DNA of 64,000 nucleotides. Origin: Stegostoma tigrinum. Taxonomy: Eukaryota. This document shows positions 38,339 through 50,739 of the stretch, in pieces (position 1 is the first letter of the stretch; the number at the start of each line of letters is the position of its first letter). A program made the position numbers and the translations under genes. The notes beneath the pieces are model-generated. The model was not told the DNA's origin. It was given only the letters and a program-made list of their open reading frames with translations, and made no database searches. The stretch is taken from assembly GCF_030684315.1 (NCBI RefSeq), contig NC_081369.1:2966689-3030688 (forward strand), given 5' to 3'.

Positions 38339-41300
38339 TGCCCAATGACGACCACTTAAGGTTCTGCCAGAACCATTCAGTTCCTAATCACATTACAGCA
38401 TTCGTTTCAAACTCAGAGAGAAGAACTGAACTTCAGAGAGGAGGTGAAATTAACTGCTGTCTGGAATAGGTCAGCACTGGCCCGGTGTAAAGAGTCCCAG
38501 CAAAATTACAGCCAATGGAAATCAGGCGAAAACTCTCCTCTCATTGAAGTCTTACCTCGCACGTAGAAAGATCATGAAGATTATTGGGAGTCAGTCAGCT
38601 CTGCATTCCACCATCTTGATATCGGAATAGTGAAGACCGCTGATACTTATCCAAAGTTCAGCTCCACGGACCACTTCTCAGACATTAAATCGGTCCATGT
38701 CAAAATGTAACAAAACATGAATGGTATCCAGTCTTAGACTGATATGTGGCAAGTGGCAAACATGCCAATAAACTGCCAGAAAATGACCATCTCCAATTAA
38801 ACAGAACCGAACAACTGGCCTTTGAAATTCAAAGCATTACCATCGCCGAGTATCCCCTCAATAACTTTCTGAAGGTAATTGCTGAACTCAATGTGAAACG
38901 GACAGTTTTTAAAAATCCTTCATACAGCACGTATCACCAGAGTTAGATTTGGAGGGCAACATACCACCTGGTATTCCTGAATCTTACACCAAAAGCCTCC
39001 AGTTCTAATATGGTGCCAGCAACACTGCACACGGCCAGGAATAGCCTCATCATTCTACATTCCTGCCCTGGACGTCTTTAGTTTGCGTTCGTCCAGAAAT
39101 GCACCTCATCACCCGACTTGCCAATCGCAGAATTGTGACAGCAAAGAACGGAACCGTTTAGAAATGACAGAACTGGACCTTATATTCCTGAAGTGACGCC
39201 TTTACTTTGAATTTTGGAAATGAGTTCCCACCACACTATAATCCCCGTTTTGCTGTCGTACTGTACAGTCACCCATATGAGTACCTGTCTCTATAAATAG
39301 GGGAAAAAGTCAGTGCCAACATCTTGGATCTGCAACATCGGACCGCATAACGTTACATTCAGGCGTAGGTCACCCAGAGCCACGCATTCCTAACATGGCC
39401 ATATCATTCTGCACTGATGACATGATCCCGTCACCATAGGTTCTAGAATGAATATCAATCATTCTTCATGGAGAGCATTGTTCCTCATTGTTTAAACATA
39501 CAAAATATCAAGAATGAACAAATAAACGTGCGAGACAACTTGAATCAGAGTACATAATGTAGAAGTCATTGCTGAGACATAGCAAACACAGTACTGGTAA
39601 CCAATGCTACCGTGTTAAAAGGTTTTCAGGAAAGATAGGATAAATATTGGTAGAAAAGCGTACTTAACACGAAATCGTCTCTGCAGTGATAGAGAACATA
39701 CCGAGATGCACTCAAGTAGTGCTTAATTGTGGACGTGATGAACAAAACAGGAAAGAATCTCGGGTTGTACTGGAGGTTGCGCGTAGGTCCCTAGATCCTA
39801 TGAAGTAGTTTTGCATTTCTTTTTAACAACAATTGGCAGTGTTGCAAATTTATCAGTATGTCAGCCTTTCTATTCCAACTCTTGTTTTTCATTGATTAGA
39901 AAAGTGATTTTCACGTGGTTTCTGGCATTCACATGTCTTGGTAAAAGCAAACAGGTGTATTTACAAGAAGGTAGTGAACAGCATTAGCTATGAGTTTGAA
40001 TTGATCTATTGCATTTAAATTAAGTATTTTGCTGGTACTCCTTCAGTCTTTGCCCTGAGATAGTTTAAGATCAAGTGGCAGTGCCATGATGGTGTGTTAT
40101 GGGGCTAGGATCTGTGCATGTTGCTTTACTGTCGGTCCGACACGGGATCGCTTACACCTGGACAGATGGTGAAACAGAAGTTCAATTTTTAAAAACAATT
40201 GGAAAAGAAAGGCTGGTACAGTGATGATCTTATTACTATTGTTATCAAAAATATACAAAGTCTTGGTCACTGATATCTTCAGGGAAAGGAGTTCATATAT
40301 GCTGAGTGCCTTCAACGTCGCTCCAATCTGGATTTGTCACTGGATTCTCTCCTGTCTTTAACTCTCCCAGCACCTTCACATTCCACATGGTCTTTCCAAA
40401 TTCAATCCCATCGATCTGTTTTCTAACTGTGTCAACCCTCATAACCATCAATAACCCATCATTCAATTTTCATTCCGAGAGCCATTTTGCCTTGCATTTA
40501 TCCTCCTTACTGACTTCTGCAGACCAAACACACTTCCTTCCCCCAACGTTCAAAACTTGTCTCAAAACCTTTTCATTGACTCTTCTGTGCTAGAAAATAT
40601 CTCTAAACACTACATTCTTGCCAACCCTTATCAATTAATTACTAATTTCTCAAAACCGAACATGTTCGTCATAATTTTATGCAGAAAGCTCATTAATCAG
40701 ACATGAGTTGGAATAAATCAAGGAAAATTTTGAATTTTGAATAAATCAAAATCAATCCATTAATAAACGTGATGATGATTATTGAATCTATTGCATCCAG
40801 GCTCCCATTTTGGGACCTTACAAGAGAACACCTCCAACCTTTCTTCTCCAGCTTTCCTCCCGTCTGCAGCTGAAATCGATAGGCCCAATTTATTTTCCTC
40901 CACTTTATGCAGTCACTGTATCACATTGTCCCGGACTGGCTTGGTTTACTGCACCCTCTGGGCTCTACAGTGCCATAAACTCTCTCAGCAATTGACAATT
41001 GGTCACTCCTTTCTCAGTTTTATCTCAACAAAGTTATTCAAGGATATGTCATCGGGTCCAACTGTACGATATGGTCATGCATTTCTATTTCATCAGCACC
41101 TCTGTCAAACTCCACCCTGCCGCTGTGCTACATCCCCAACTCGCTCCAAATTCGCCCGTCACTGCCACCAGTCGGACAACACTGAACTCAATTAAGGGCC
41201 GTTGCAACCAGGAACCTTTCACGTCATGCAAAGATATTTCATCTTCTCTTGGTCCCCAGTCAGACCTGAGCCATTGTAATCTTCCAACACCCACTCTCAT

Positions 41301-41703
41301 TAATCCGCGTTCAAAAGCACCAATTCACTGACGTTGCCTCAGACACCAAGTGGAGTGCCTGAATGCACCAGCAAATCCCACATGGTCATAATTTTTCCAT
41401 TAATTTTTGCTGGATCGTGCAGTCTTCCTGCTCGAGAACATTGTCCCTATCCAGAGTGTCTGTGCTCCATGTGCTGTGCTCTCCTGCGGCACTGGGAATA
41501 ATTTATACAGGTCTATAAATATTTACCTTCATTTGGCGAATTGGAAAATGAATGGAAATAACGGGAACTCGAAAGAGGCCACTTCTTTTTTATGATTAAT
41601 TATTGGGTTTTCTTTCATGAGGTTTCTTACCCATTATTTCACCCATTTTTATATCTCAGACCACTAAACTTGAACAACTAATGTTTGTGTATGTTTCTGA
41701 CGG

Positions 41704-42023
41704 ATACTGACGAAACCCCTCTCTCTGTGAAGCAAATCCCCGCTTACCTGACTGCACTCGAAGTTACAAATGTATCTACGTATTGCTCCATCCCGCCTTT
41801 CGCTCTCAAAATATCTGTGAATGTGTGCTGGTGGAGAGACGGACAGGGCATAACTTTAGTTCCAACAGCAGATCAAAGGAAAATAATGTTACCCTTCAAC
41901 AGGTAGTTTCTGTGTTCCATTTGTTGAATGTGAGCTTCTGGAACTCCGGAATTTATTAATGCAACGTCAGCGTCTTGGGCAGAAGGACTTCTAATGGGAA
42001 TGGAACTCGCCTTATTGTACACG
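41704..42023 (+). pseudogene. Receptor paralogue D, V-set exon with germline J-like motif (disabled)
   Basis: LSVKQIP..NVSTYCS..NVCWWR.. [stop and frameshift] FHLLNVSFWNSGIY*CNVS..GNGTRLIVH|GTGACT; acceptor AG mutated to GG. Confidence 0.85.
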
Positions 42024-43450
42024 GTGACTGTCACAGAGGGGGAATGGGCAAGGTTAAATTACTCAGGCACTGTGTACGTTGATAATAGATGACAACAGCA
42101 GCAAGGGGTCTGCTTGCACTTTGGTACTGTTAAACAGGCTTCCTGTTTTAGTTCACGGGGAGCGAGACTCAACAGTGTCCATCAGACTTGCTGTTTGTCG
42201 TCAATCAAAGCTTGCCAGGCAGTATGATGTATTTAATCCTGTTTTACGCCGACCATTTTTTAAAAAGGATATTATATCCGCTATAATACTTCACTTGATT
42301 TAAGTAGCTATCGGGGAAACCTATTCCCAACACGATTTGGCAAGCAGTCCAGTCTGGAAAGTATTTTTTAGTTTCTAAAGGGGTAAAAGTCGGGTTCTCA
42401 AAATGAATTACCAAATAGGCGCGACTTGAAAATGAGATTTGGAAGCAAAGAACAAAGAATCAACGAGAAAATGATTAAAATTAAAAATGATTAAACGGAC
42501 ACAGCTACAGCGCGGTGTGAGTAATGCAAAAACGAGAGCAAATAATAAGTTCTCCAAAAAAGGAACTGGCTTTTGGAAAACATCCAAACGTAGGCTGCCA
42601 TGGAACGAAGTATGAAATGCTGTCTCATAAATGTTGGGTTTCCTCACACTGACGGATTGGAATATTAAGGACTTGCTCACTGAACATTTAATTGAAAAGT
42701 CTGGACTGTTGTTCAGAGTGCTTCTAGAGTAAATTTATAACGAGAAATGGAATTACATTGCTTTCAAAAACGATTTGGAGGAGGTTTACTCATTACATCG
42801 GAATTAAATTTACAAGGAAATGTTTATTTCTGTTACTTGCAACTTTTAGAGGCTTGAGTCTCTCCTTAAATCGTGATTTTAAGAAGTCGGTAAAGTTTTC
42901 TGGCCACATTACCTCGTTATGTTGATGCAATCAGTCTACGGACATGAAATCGCATTATGGAAATAATTTTGAACGCTGCAGTTTATCTGAATCATGATTA
43001 GGTCCTGGGGGCACTTGCTCAAGACTGTGCAACAGGCTCAAATGCGACTGGGCCGTTTTGCAAAGAAACTGCCTTCAAAATGGATAATACCAGTTATTAA
43101 GGTGAGATCGCAACTGGATATTGTTACCTGAAAATGAGGTTTCGAAGCATAGAACAAATAATCAACGAGAAAATGATTAAACGTAATCCTGACAAGTGTA
43201 TGCAAAGATCGCTTGTCGTTTCAATTCACATTGTGTAAATAATGTGAGCTCAGCTGGGAAACCAAAATATTTCCCAGTGTCAGTCGGGAACTAATGATTG
43301 CGAAGGAGAATGAACCAAAGGGGGCAATTTCATTACGTGCAATCAACTGAAGGATGTAGAGTTTTAAATTGTCAAAATAGTGCAAATTAATTTTGCTCAC
43401 AAGTTTTAAAAGTCCAGAGAAGTTCTGGGTGTGAGTTTGCTCGCTGAGCT

Positions 43451-43509
43451 GGAAGGTTCGTTTTCAGACGTTTCGTCACCATTCTAGGTAACATCATCAG
43501 TGAGCCTCC
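43451..43509 (-). ncRNA. Minimal type I hammerhead ribozyme (Penelope pLTR)
   Basis: GGAGGCTCA-CTGATGA-TGTTACCTAGAATGGTGAC-GAAAC-GTC-TGAAAACGAACCTTCC on the - strand; intact core. Confidence 0.8.
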
Positions 43510-45932
43510 GACGAAGCGCTGGTGTTACGACCCGCTTTCTATTTATCTGGTTAGGGTTCCTTGGGTTGGTGATGTCATTTCCTGCGTTGGTGATGTCATT
43601 TTCTGTTCTTTTCCTCAGGGGGTGGTAGATTGGCTCCAAATCAATGTGTTTGTTGATGGAGTTTCGGTTGGAATGCCATGCTTCTAGGAATTCTCGTGCA
43701 TGTCTCTGTTTGGCTTGTCCGAGGATGGATGTGTTGTCCCAATCAAAGTGGTGTCCTTCCTCATCTGTATGTAAGGATACGAGTGATAGTGGGCCATGTC
43801 GTCTTGTGGCTAGTTGATGTTCATGTATCCTGGTGGCTAGCTTTCTGCCAGTTTGTCCAATGTAGTGTTTGTCACAGTTCTTGCAAGGTATTTTGTAGAT
43901 GACGTTCGTTTTATTTGTTGTCTGCTGTTTTAGTATGTTGGTGGGTTTGTGGGCTACCCTGATGCCAAGAGGTCCGAGTAGTCTGGCAGTCATTTCGGAA
44001 ATGTCTTTGATGTAGGGGAGAGTGGTTATGGTTTCTGAGCCCGTTTTGTCTGTTTGTTTGGGTTTATTGCTGAGGAATCGGCGGACTGTGTTCATAGGGT
44101 ACCCGTTCTTTTTGAATACACTGTATAGGTGATTTTCTTCTGCTCCTCGTAGTTCCTCTGTGCTGCAGTGTGTGGTGGCTCATTGGAATAATGTTCTAAT
44201 GCGGCTTCGTTTGTGGGTGTTGGGATGGTTGCTCCTGTAGTTCAGTATTTGGTCCGTATGTGTTGTTTTCCTGTAGATGCTGGTTTGAAGTTCCCCAATG
44301 GCTGTTCGCTCTACTGTGACATCTAGGAATGGCAGTTTGTTGTTTTCCTCCTCTTTTGTGAATGTTATGCCAGTAAGGGTATTATTGATGGTCTTGAAGG
44401 TTTCCTCTAATTTGTTTTGTTTAGTGATGACAAAGGTGTCATCCACATAGTGGACCCAAAGTTTGGGTTGGATGATTGGCAGAGCTGTTTGTTTGAGTCT
44501 CTGCATTACTGCCTCTGCTAAGAACCCTGATATCGGAGATCCCATGGGTGTACCGTTGGTTTGTCTGTAGGTTTTGTTATTGAAAGTGAAGTGGTTGGCA
44601 AGGCATAGGTCCACTAGCTTGATGATGTTGTCCTTGCTGATGAGGTTGGTGGTGTCTGGTGTATGTGTCTTCTGTTCTTCTAATAGTGTCATCAGTGTTT
44701 CTTTGGCCAGGTTGATGTTGATGGATGTGGACAGGGCTGTTAGGTCAAAGGAGACCATTATTTCATCCTCTTCTATCTTGGTGTCTTTGATGGTGCTCAG
44801 GAGTTCTTGGGTGGAGCAAGTGGAGTGATGGGAGTCTTTTACTAGGTGTTTTAGTGTTTGGTGTAGTTCCTTGGCTAATCTGTAGGTTGGTGTTCCAGGT
44901 AGCGAGACTATGGGTCTGAGGGGGGCTCCTGGTTTGTGAATTTTTGGTAGTCCGTAGAAGCATGATGTGTTGGATCCATCTGGTTTCATTTTTTGGAAGT
45001 CTCTCTTGTTTAATTCTCCAGATTTTTGAAGTTTTTTGAGTAAGGCTGTGATTCGGTTCTCTAGTTCTCTATCAATAACACCCTTACTGGCATAACATTC
45101 ACAAAAGAGGAGGAAAACAACAACAAACTGCCATTCCTAGATGTCACAGTAGAGCAAACAGCCAATGGGGAACTTCAAACCAGCGTCTACAGGAAAACAA
45201 CACATACGGACCAAATACTGAACTACAGGAGCAACCATCCCAACACCCACAAACGAAGCTGCATTAGAACATTATTCCAATGAGCCACCACACACTGCAG
45301 CACAGAGGAACTATGCAGAGCAGAGGAAAATCACCTATACAGCGTATTCAAAAAGAATGGGTACCCTATGAACACAGTCCGCCGATTCCTCAGCAATAAA
45401 CCCAAACAAACAGACAAAACGGGCTCAGAAACCATAACCACTCTCCCCTACATCAAAGACATTTCCGAAATGACTGCCAGACTACTCGGACCTCTTGGCA
45501 TCAGGGTAGCCCACAAACCCACCAACATACTAAAACAGCAGACAACAAATAAAACGAACGTCATCTACAAAATACCTTGCAAGAACTGTGACAAACACTA
45601 CATTGGACAAACTGGCAGAAAGCTAGCCACCAGGATACATGAACATCAACTAGCCACAAGACGACATGACCCACTATCACTCATATCCTTACATACAGAT
45701 GAGGAAGGACACCACTTTGATTGGGACAACACATCCATCCTAGAATAAGCCAAACAGAGACACGGACGAGAATTCCTAGAAGCATGGCATTCCAACTGGA
45801 ACTCCATCAACAAACACATTGATTTGGAGCCAATCTACCACCCCCTGAGGAAAAGAACAGGAAATGACATCACCAACCCAAGGAAACCTAACCAGATAAA
45901 TAGAAAGTGGGACATAACACCAGCGCTTCGTC

Positions 45933-45991
45933 GGAGGCTCACTGATGATGTTACCTATAATGGTGACGAAACGTCTGAAAACGAACCTTCC
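45933..45991 (+). ncRNA. Minimal type I hammerhead ribozyme (Penelope pLTR)
   Basis: CTGATGA at 45942-45948, stem II GTTACC/GGTGAC, GAAAC-GTC with predicted cleavage after 45975, stem I TCA/TGA plus GGAGG/CCTTCC. Confidence 0.8.
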
Positions 45992-46239
45992 AGCTCAGCG
46001 AGCAAACTCACACCCAGAACCTCAACCTGAGCTACAAATCTTCTCAAAACCCGCTAGTCCAGAGAAGTATTTCATGAAAATCTTCAATCATTGATGTTCT
46101 ATTTGGAATTCAGCCAATGGCATGCCTAATGAATGACTTGGATGTCTATCATATATAGACAAAGGCTGTTTGCAGCTCCACTGAAACAGTTCCGAGAAAA
46201 TGACTTTTCCTTTATCTGACAAAACATTAACATCCTGGG

Positions 46240-46454
46240 GTAACAGAGTGTGAAGCTGGATGAACACAGCAGGCCAAGCAGCATCAGAGGAGCAGGAAAG
46301 TTTGGCGTTTCAGTTCGAGAACCTTCTTCGGGAAAATGGTCTCGACCCCAGCCGTCAAATTTTCCTGCTGCTCTGATGCTGCTTGACCTGCTGTGTTCAT
46401 CCAGCTTCACACCGTGATATCTCAGATTCTCCAGCAACAGCAGTTCCAATATCT
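46240..46454. mobile_element. Palindromic mini-element derived from the PLE family 2 3' end
   Basis: Inverted ~90-bp arms, a one-sided ~33-nt tail, and TSD CATTAACATC(C/T)TGGG (46225-46239 / 46455-46469). Confidence 0.75.
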
Positions 46455-49034
46455 CATTAACATCTTGGGAGTTGCCCAGGTCCTGAACTGCCTATACAAT
46501 ATCTGCAAGATTTTGATCTTCTTCAATAGCTTGAAGGGCCAAAAGTCTTACTTTTGCTCTTTATTAACATATGCATTTGAATATTTGGAGATAATGATGA
46601 CAAATTAAAACTAAAGGCTTTCATCTACCAGGAGTTAACATCAGTGTAAGGGAGATAAATGAGCAGGAGCTGGTGTGCATTCAGATACTAACTGCAGATT
46701 ATTTGAATTGCATTAATTGCAGTGGGCATAACTAGCTGCCCTTGGCAAGAAGCTTAAAATAATCAAGTTGCATGTTAACTTAGGCATGGATGAGTGATGC
46801 ATTGTGATAAGATCCCGAAGAGATATCTCAAGGTGGTGCAGATATAAGACTGGAAGTTTATCTCAGAGCCAAATGTACTGCTGCACATTGACAGTGTTTG
46901 TCCTACTTTAAGGTGCACTGTAGCAATGCATCATGGCTTACTCAATAACATCACCCAAATCTGTGACTTCTAACATTTAGAAGTACGTGGGTAGCAGATG
47001 CATGGGAACACCAGTCTAGCGAAGTTCCCATCGAAAACACATACCATCCTGGCTTGGAAATATATTGCCGTTCTTTCACTAGCCCTTAGCCAAAATTCTG
47101 GAATTCCCTTCCTAACAGCACTGTGGATGTCCTGATACCCTAAGGGCTACATTGGCTCATCAAAGCAGTTTATCCAGAGGGCAATAAATGCTGACTTACC
47201 AACGATGCCCCCATTCCAAAAACGAATGAAGAAATATAAGATTCAGCTTGCAAGTTTTCTTCAGCTTTGTAGCCAGGAAGATGAATGGTTTCAGTGGCAA
47301 TGTGAAAGACTTTGACAGACATCAAAATTAATTCTTCTCAAAACTTAGTGTTGGACTGTTTCTGCTTACTTGTATAGGAGACTGGATGAGCAGTCAGACA
47401 GTTTAGGAAGAATTGACTGTGGCTCTGATGAGGTCGGTATGGGTGCTGCCAGTATATACCATTAGCTGGCCAGTCATCAGCTGACTGGCCTGCTGTGTTC
47501 CTCCAGCTCCACACTGTGTTTGTCTGTGACTCCAGTGTCTGCAGTTCTTGCTAATTCTGAGTGATTTATACCATTATCTGGTGTGCATTCAGATGATGCC
47601 CTCGAAGGGCATGGCAATGAAGAGAAATAGGAGCAGGCTGAGGATAGCTACTAATATAGCACCAGATATAATGGCATGTGTGCTGACGACCCATTAAGGT
47701 GTTATGCTCACCATACAGTATGTTTAGCCCATATATCCCACAAAGAACTGTGAGTCAGCTTTTCATAGTAATATGAAATGACCTTTATTGGTTATAACGC
47801 AATTAGTATTACAGTAATGAATATGCTACAAACTAACAAATAATATGATAAATCTGATAATTATTACTGTAAATCTAAGGCAGTATCTTGTACTTTAACT
47901 TAACTCAGAATGATCAAACCTTGGCCTTGATCCAACCAGTTGTCTGGTCTTCCGCTCCTGGTGGTCACAAAGGCCCATCTTCCTGCGGTGGTTGGTCTCA
48001 AGTTACCGCTCCCAACGGTGAAGTTGTGGTGATTCTTATCCTTCTGCACCCTTTTGGGAGAATCTTTGATTCCCACCAATGGATCAATCACGAATCAATT
48101 ACTCTGATCGATCAGACCCAATTAGGAAGTACCTTGCGGATGGTGGGGTGGGCATTGGTCATCCATTTCTCAGAGTGTCAGGGGCACATAAGTCAGGTTG
48201 GCTTCCTAGATAAGAGTGAGAGGTGTCCCCTTGTTCTGGAAACAGCTCAAATGTTTCCTATTGTCCTGGTAAATAGGCTTAGTCAATTGTGCAATGTGCT
48301 GTCTGCAGCTGCAGCGTCGAAGGGCATTGCAATGAAGTACGAGGGTAGCAGATGCATGGGAACACCAGTGATGCCAAGTTCCCATCCAAAACACATACCA
48401 TCCTGTCTAAGTCTGCAGCTTGTTTATTTCAGTATCTTTGCATAGATACTTTGGCTACCGCTTGGCTTAATTTCCCAGCATGCTTGGTCCGATACGTCCG
48501 ATTCTGCCATTTGAGTGGCCCATCCTACTACACTCCATGCTGTTGATCATGAATGGAAATTGTGATGGTTCACATGATGGCAGAACAATTTCTGTGTGGT
48601 GACTGTATAATCATTCAAGTCCAAGCAAAGCACAACATACACTCAAACAACTAAACTCTTACAGACAGCACGTTGGGAAATGACACCTAACTGAGATCAA
48701 GCAAAATCATCAGAATAATTTACATAATTAGAACATCAAAATTCAAACTTAATCATGCAAATGTGGTAAACTAGGAATAAAGAAGAGTTCAGCAATTCAT
48801 TGTGATGATCAAACAACATTACAAAATAAGGGTCATATACATATATATTAGGAGTGATTATACAAGTTTTGTACCCATAAACAAATAATCCATAGCATGA
48901 AGAAATGTTAGTACTCATTTTTATGTTAGAGAATACTACAGAAAGAAAAATATTGAATCTATTTGATTTAATTAAGTTGGGAATTATACACATACTTTAA
49001 AAAGTAAAGGGAGTAGTAAACTGAGTGCCGCAGC

Positions 49035-49520
49035 TGTTCCTGGAAGGTAAATGCAAATTTATACTGACGGGACCGGTGTAAGGGTATGGATCAGAAACCA
49101 TTACCAATATCAAGCACTGTGTAGTATTTTGGTGGCAGAGCTTGCTTCATTATTGTGGCTGGGCTGGTGACTACTGTTGATGCAATGAGGGGATTGAATT
49201 TATTGAGTTCCTGGTCGTCAATAGTTAAATACCATGAAACACCTCGCTTCCTGACAGACCAAATTGGAGCATTATTGGTGGAGGCTACTGCAGCAGGCTT
49301 TGGCTACCGCCCTTCTGCAGTATTGGTGAAACTGTATTGTCTTTGTGGTTTTCGGTTTGGCTCCTCGATTATCGCCCCTCCCGGTTTACGCCCACGGTCA
49401 TGTTTATATTGGGTGAATACCCCCATGTGTTTCATAATCGCTTCTTGTATGGCTAGATCCTTGGTCATTGTTAGAGAATTGAACCAAAACTCTCCTACTG
49501 TATTGATCCGATTAACATAA
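49035..49520 (-). pseudogene. pol: RT N-terminal remnant
   Basis: One frame with two stops: FTQYKHDRG..KPQRQYSF..ASTNNAPIWSVRK..WYLTIDDQELNK..KYYTVLDIGNGF*SIPL..QYKFAFTFQ. Confidence 0.85.
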
Positions 49521-49945
49521 TTTCCTGTTCAGCTGATGTGTGGCGCCTTGCTAATTGGGGGCATCTTCCATATGCATGAATTTAATGGGTTAAAGGCATG
49601 TGGGATGTGTTGGAGATGGTCCAGGTGAACTGAAGGTTAGAATTGGCTGCCTGCTTCCCTTGAATTTTCCTCAATGTCTTTGCCTCAGGGATCCTGGTCC
49701 CTCTTCATCATTACTGCAAAATTCTGCCCATATGGACCACTTTTCCTAACTAATACATTGTCTTACCTTCTTTTCCCATACTGAACAACTTCTACACTGC
49801 CGCCTTTTCCAGCCATTTCTGATTTACCTAAAGGGTAGAGGGGGTGGATCGGATTGAAGACACCGATTTTGCTATGTTTCACTCCTAATCCCACCGGGTG
49901 TCTAATGACTTTCGGTGTTTGACCTTACCACTCCCACTAAGGATC

Positions 49946-49971
49946 ACACACACACACACACACACACACAC
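49946..49971. repeat. (CA)n microsatellite
   Basis: Uninterrupted CA run. Confidence 0.95.
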
Positions 49972-50101
49972 CAGTTGGCTTTATTGAAACCCTGGCCGTC
50001 ACGTGGGCCTTAGACATCTCAAATCAGGCTCAGGCAAAATTTCAGGGAATATCGGGTTCCGTGGGGTTCGATCTCAGTGTGACAAACTCACTTCTTATCG
50101 A

Positions 50102-50119
50102 GTCTCATCTGGGGTGCCA
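50102..50119 (-). promoter_or_regulatory. Primer-binding site, tRNA-Arg(CCT)-like
   Basis: The + strand GTCTCATCTGGGGTGCCA matches the vertebrate tRNA-Arg(CCT) 3' end as I recall it (GTCCCATCTGGGGTGCCA) with one mismatch, 3 nt from the LTR terminus. Confidence 0.8.
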
Positions 50120-50739
50120 ACTTGTTGCATCGCCACAAAATGTATTTCATCTGTATCTACCACAAAGGACTGTGAGTCAGCTCTTAATTGTAATATGAAA
50201 TGGTCGTTATTGGTTGTAGCACAATTAATAATATAATAATGATTATGCCACAAACTAAAAATTAATATGATAAATCTGACAATTAATACTGTAAATCTAA
50301 GTCAGTATTTTGTACTTTAATTTAACTCGGAATGATCAAACTTCACCACACTAGACCTTGGCCTTGATCCAAGTGGTTGTCTGGTCTTCCCCTCCTGGTG
50401 GTCCCAAGAGCGCCTCTTCTTAATGGTGGTTGGTCTCGAGTCACTGCTCCCAACAATGCTGTTGTGGTGATTCTTATCCTTGAAAGCTTCTGCACCCTTT
50501 GGGAGAATCTTTGATTTCCACCAATGGATCAATCAGGAATTGATTACTCTGAAGGATCAGGCCCAATTAGGCGGTGTCATGTGAATGGTGGGGTGGTCTT
50601 TGATCCTCCATTTCTGGGAGTGTCAAGGCATGTAAGTCAGGTTGGCTTCTCAGATAAGAATGTAAGGTTTCTCTTCGTCGTGGAAACAGCTCAAAGTTTC
50701 CTATTGTCCTGGTAAATAGACTTAGCCAACTGTATCACT

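Larger units (their letters stand above)
43424..46055. mobile_element. Penelope-like element (family 1): a single insertion with inverted arms and a 3' tail
   Basis: - arm 43424-~45066 (RT with GTPMGSPISG and YVDDTF, ORF 44180..44989; GIY-YIG NVIYKIPC..YIGQTGR, ORF 43484..44095). + arm ~45070-46055 repeats the 3' ~1 kb. TSD AGTCCAGAGAAGT at 43411-43423 and 46056-46068. Confidence 0.93.
47700..50737 (-). mobile_element. Internally deleted LTR retroelement with tRNA-Arg PBS and foamy-like RT remnant
   Basis: Diverged direct repeats 47700-~48290 and 50123-~50737, both starting TG; their distal ends are interrupted by other repeats. PBS at 50102-50119; RT N-terminal frame at ~49035-49520. Confidence 0.8.

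Noticed and set aside
37225-38345. Long ORFs of 214 aa (+) and 272 aa (-)
   Set aside because: Antisense or alternative frames of the Penelope-like element; low-complexity products.
42068-42074. CACTGTG heptamer just after V exon D
   Set aside because: There is no nonamer at 12 or 23 spacing and it is intronic; a chance match.
46240-46454. Palindromic short repeats as DNA-transposon MITEs
   Set aside because: The arms match the 3' end of a Penelope-like retroelement and have one-sided tails and variable 13-15 bp TSDs.
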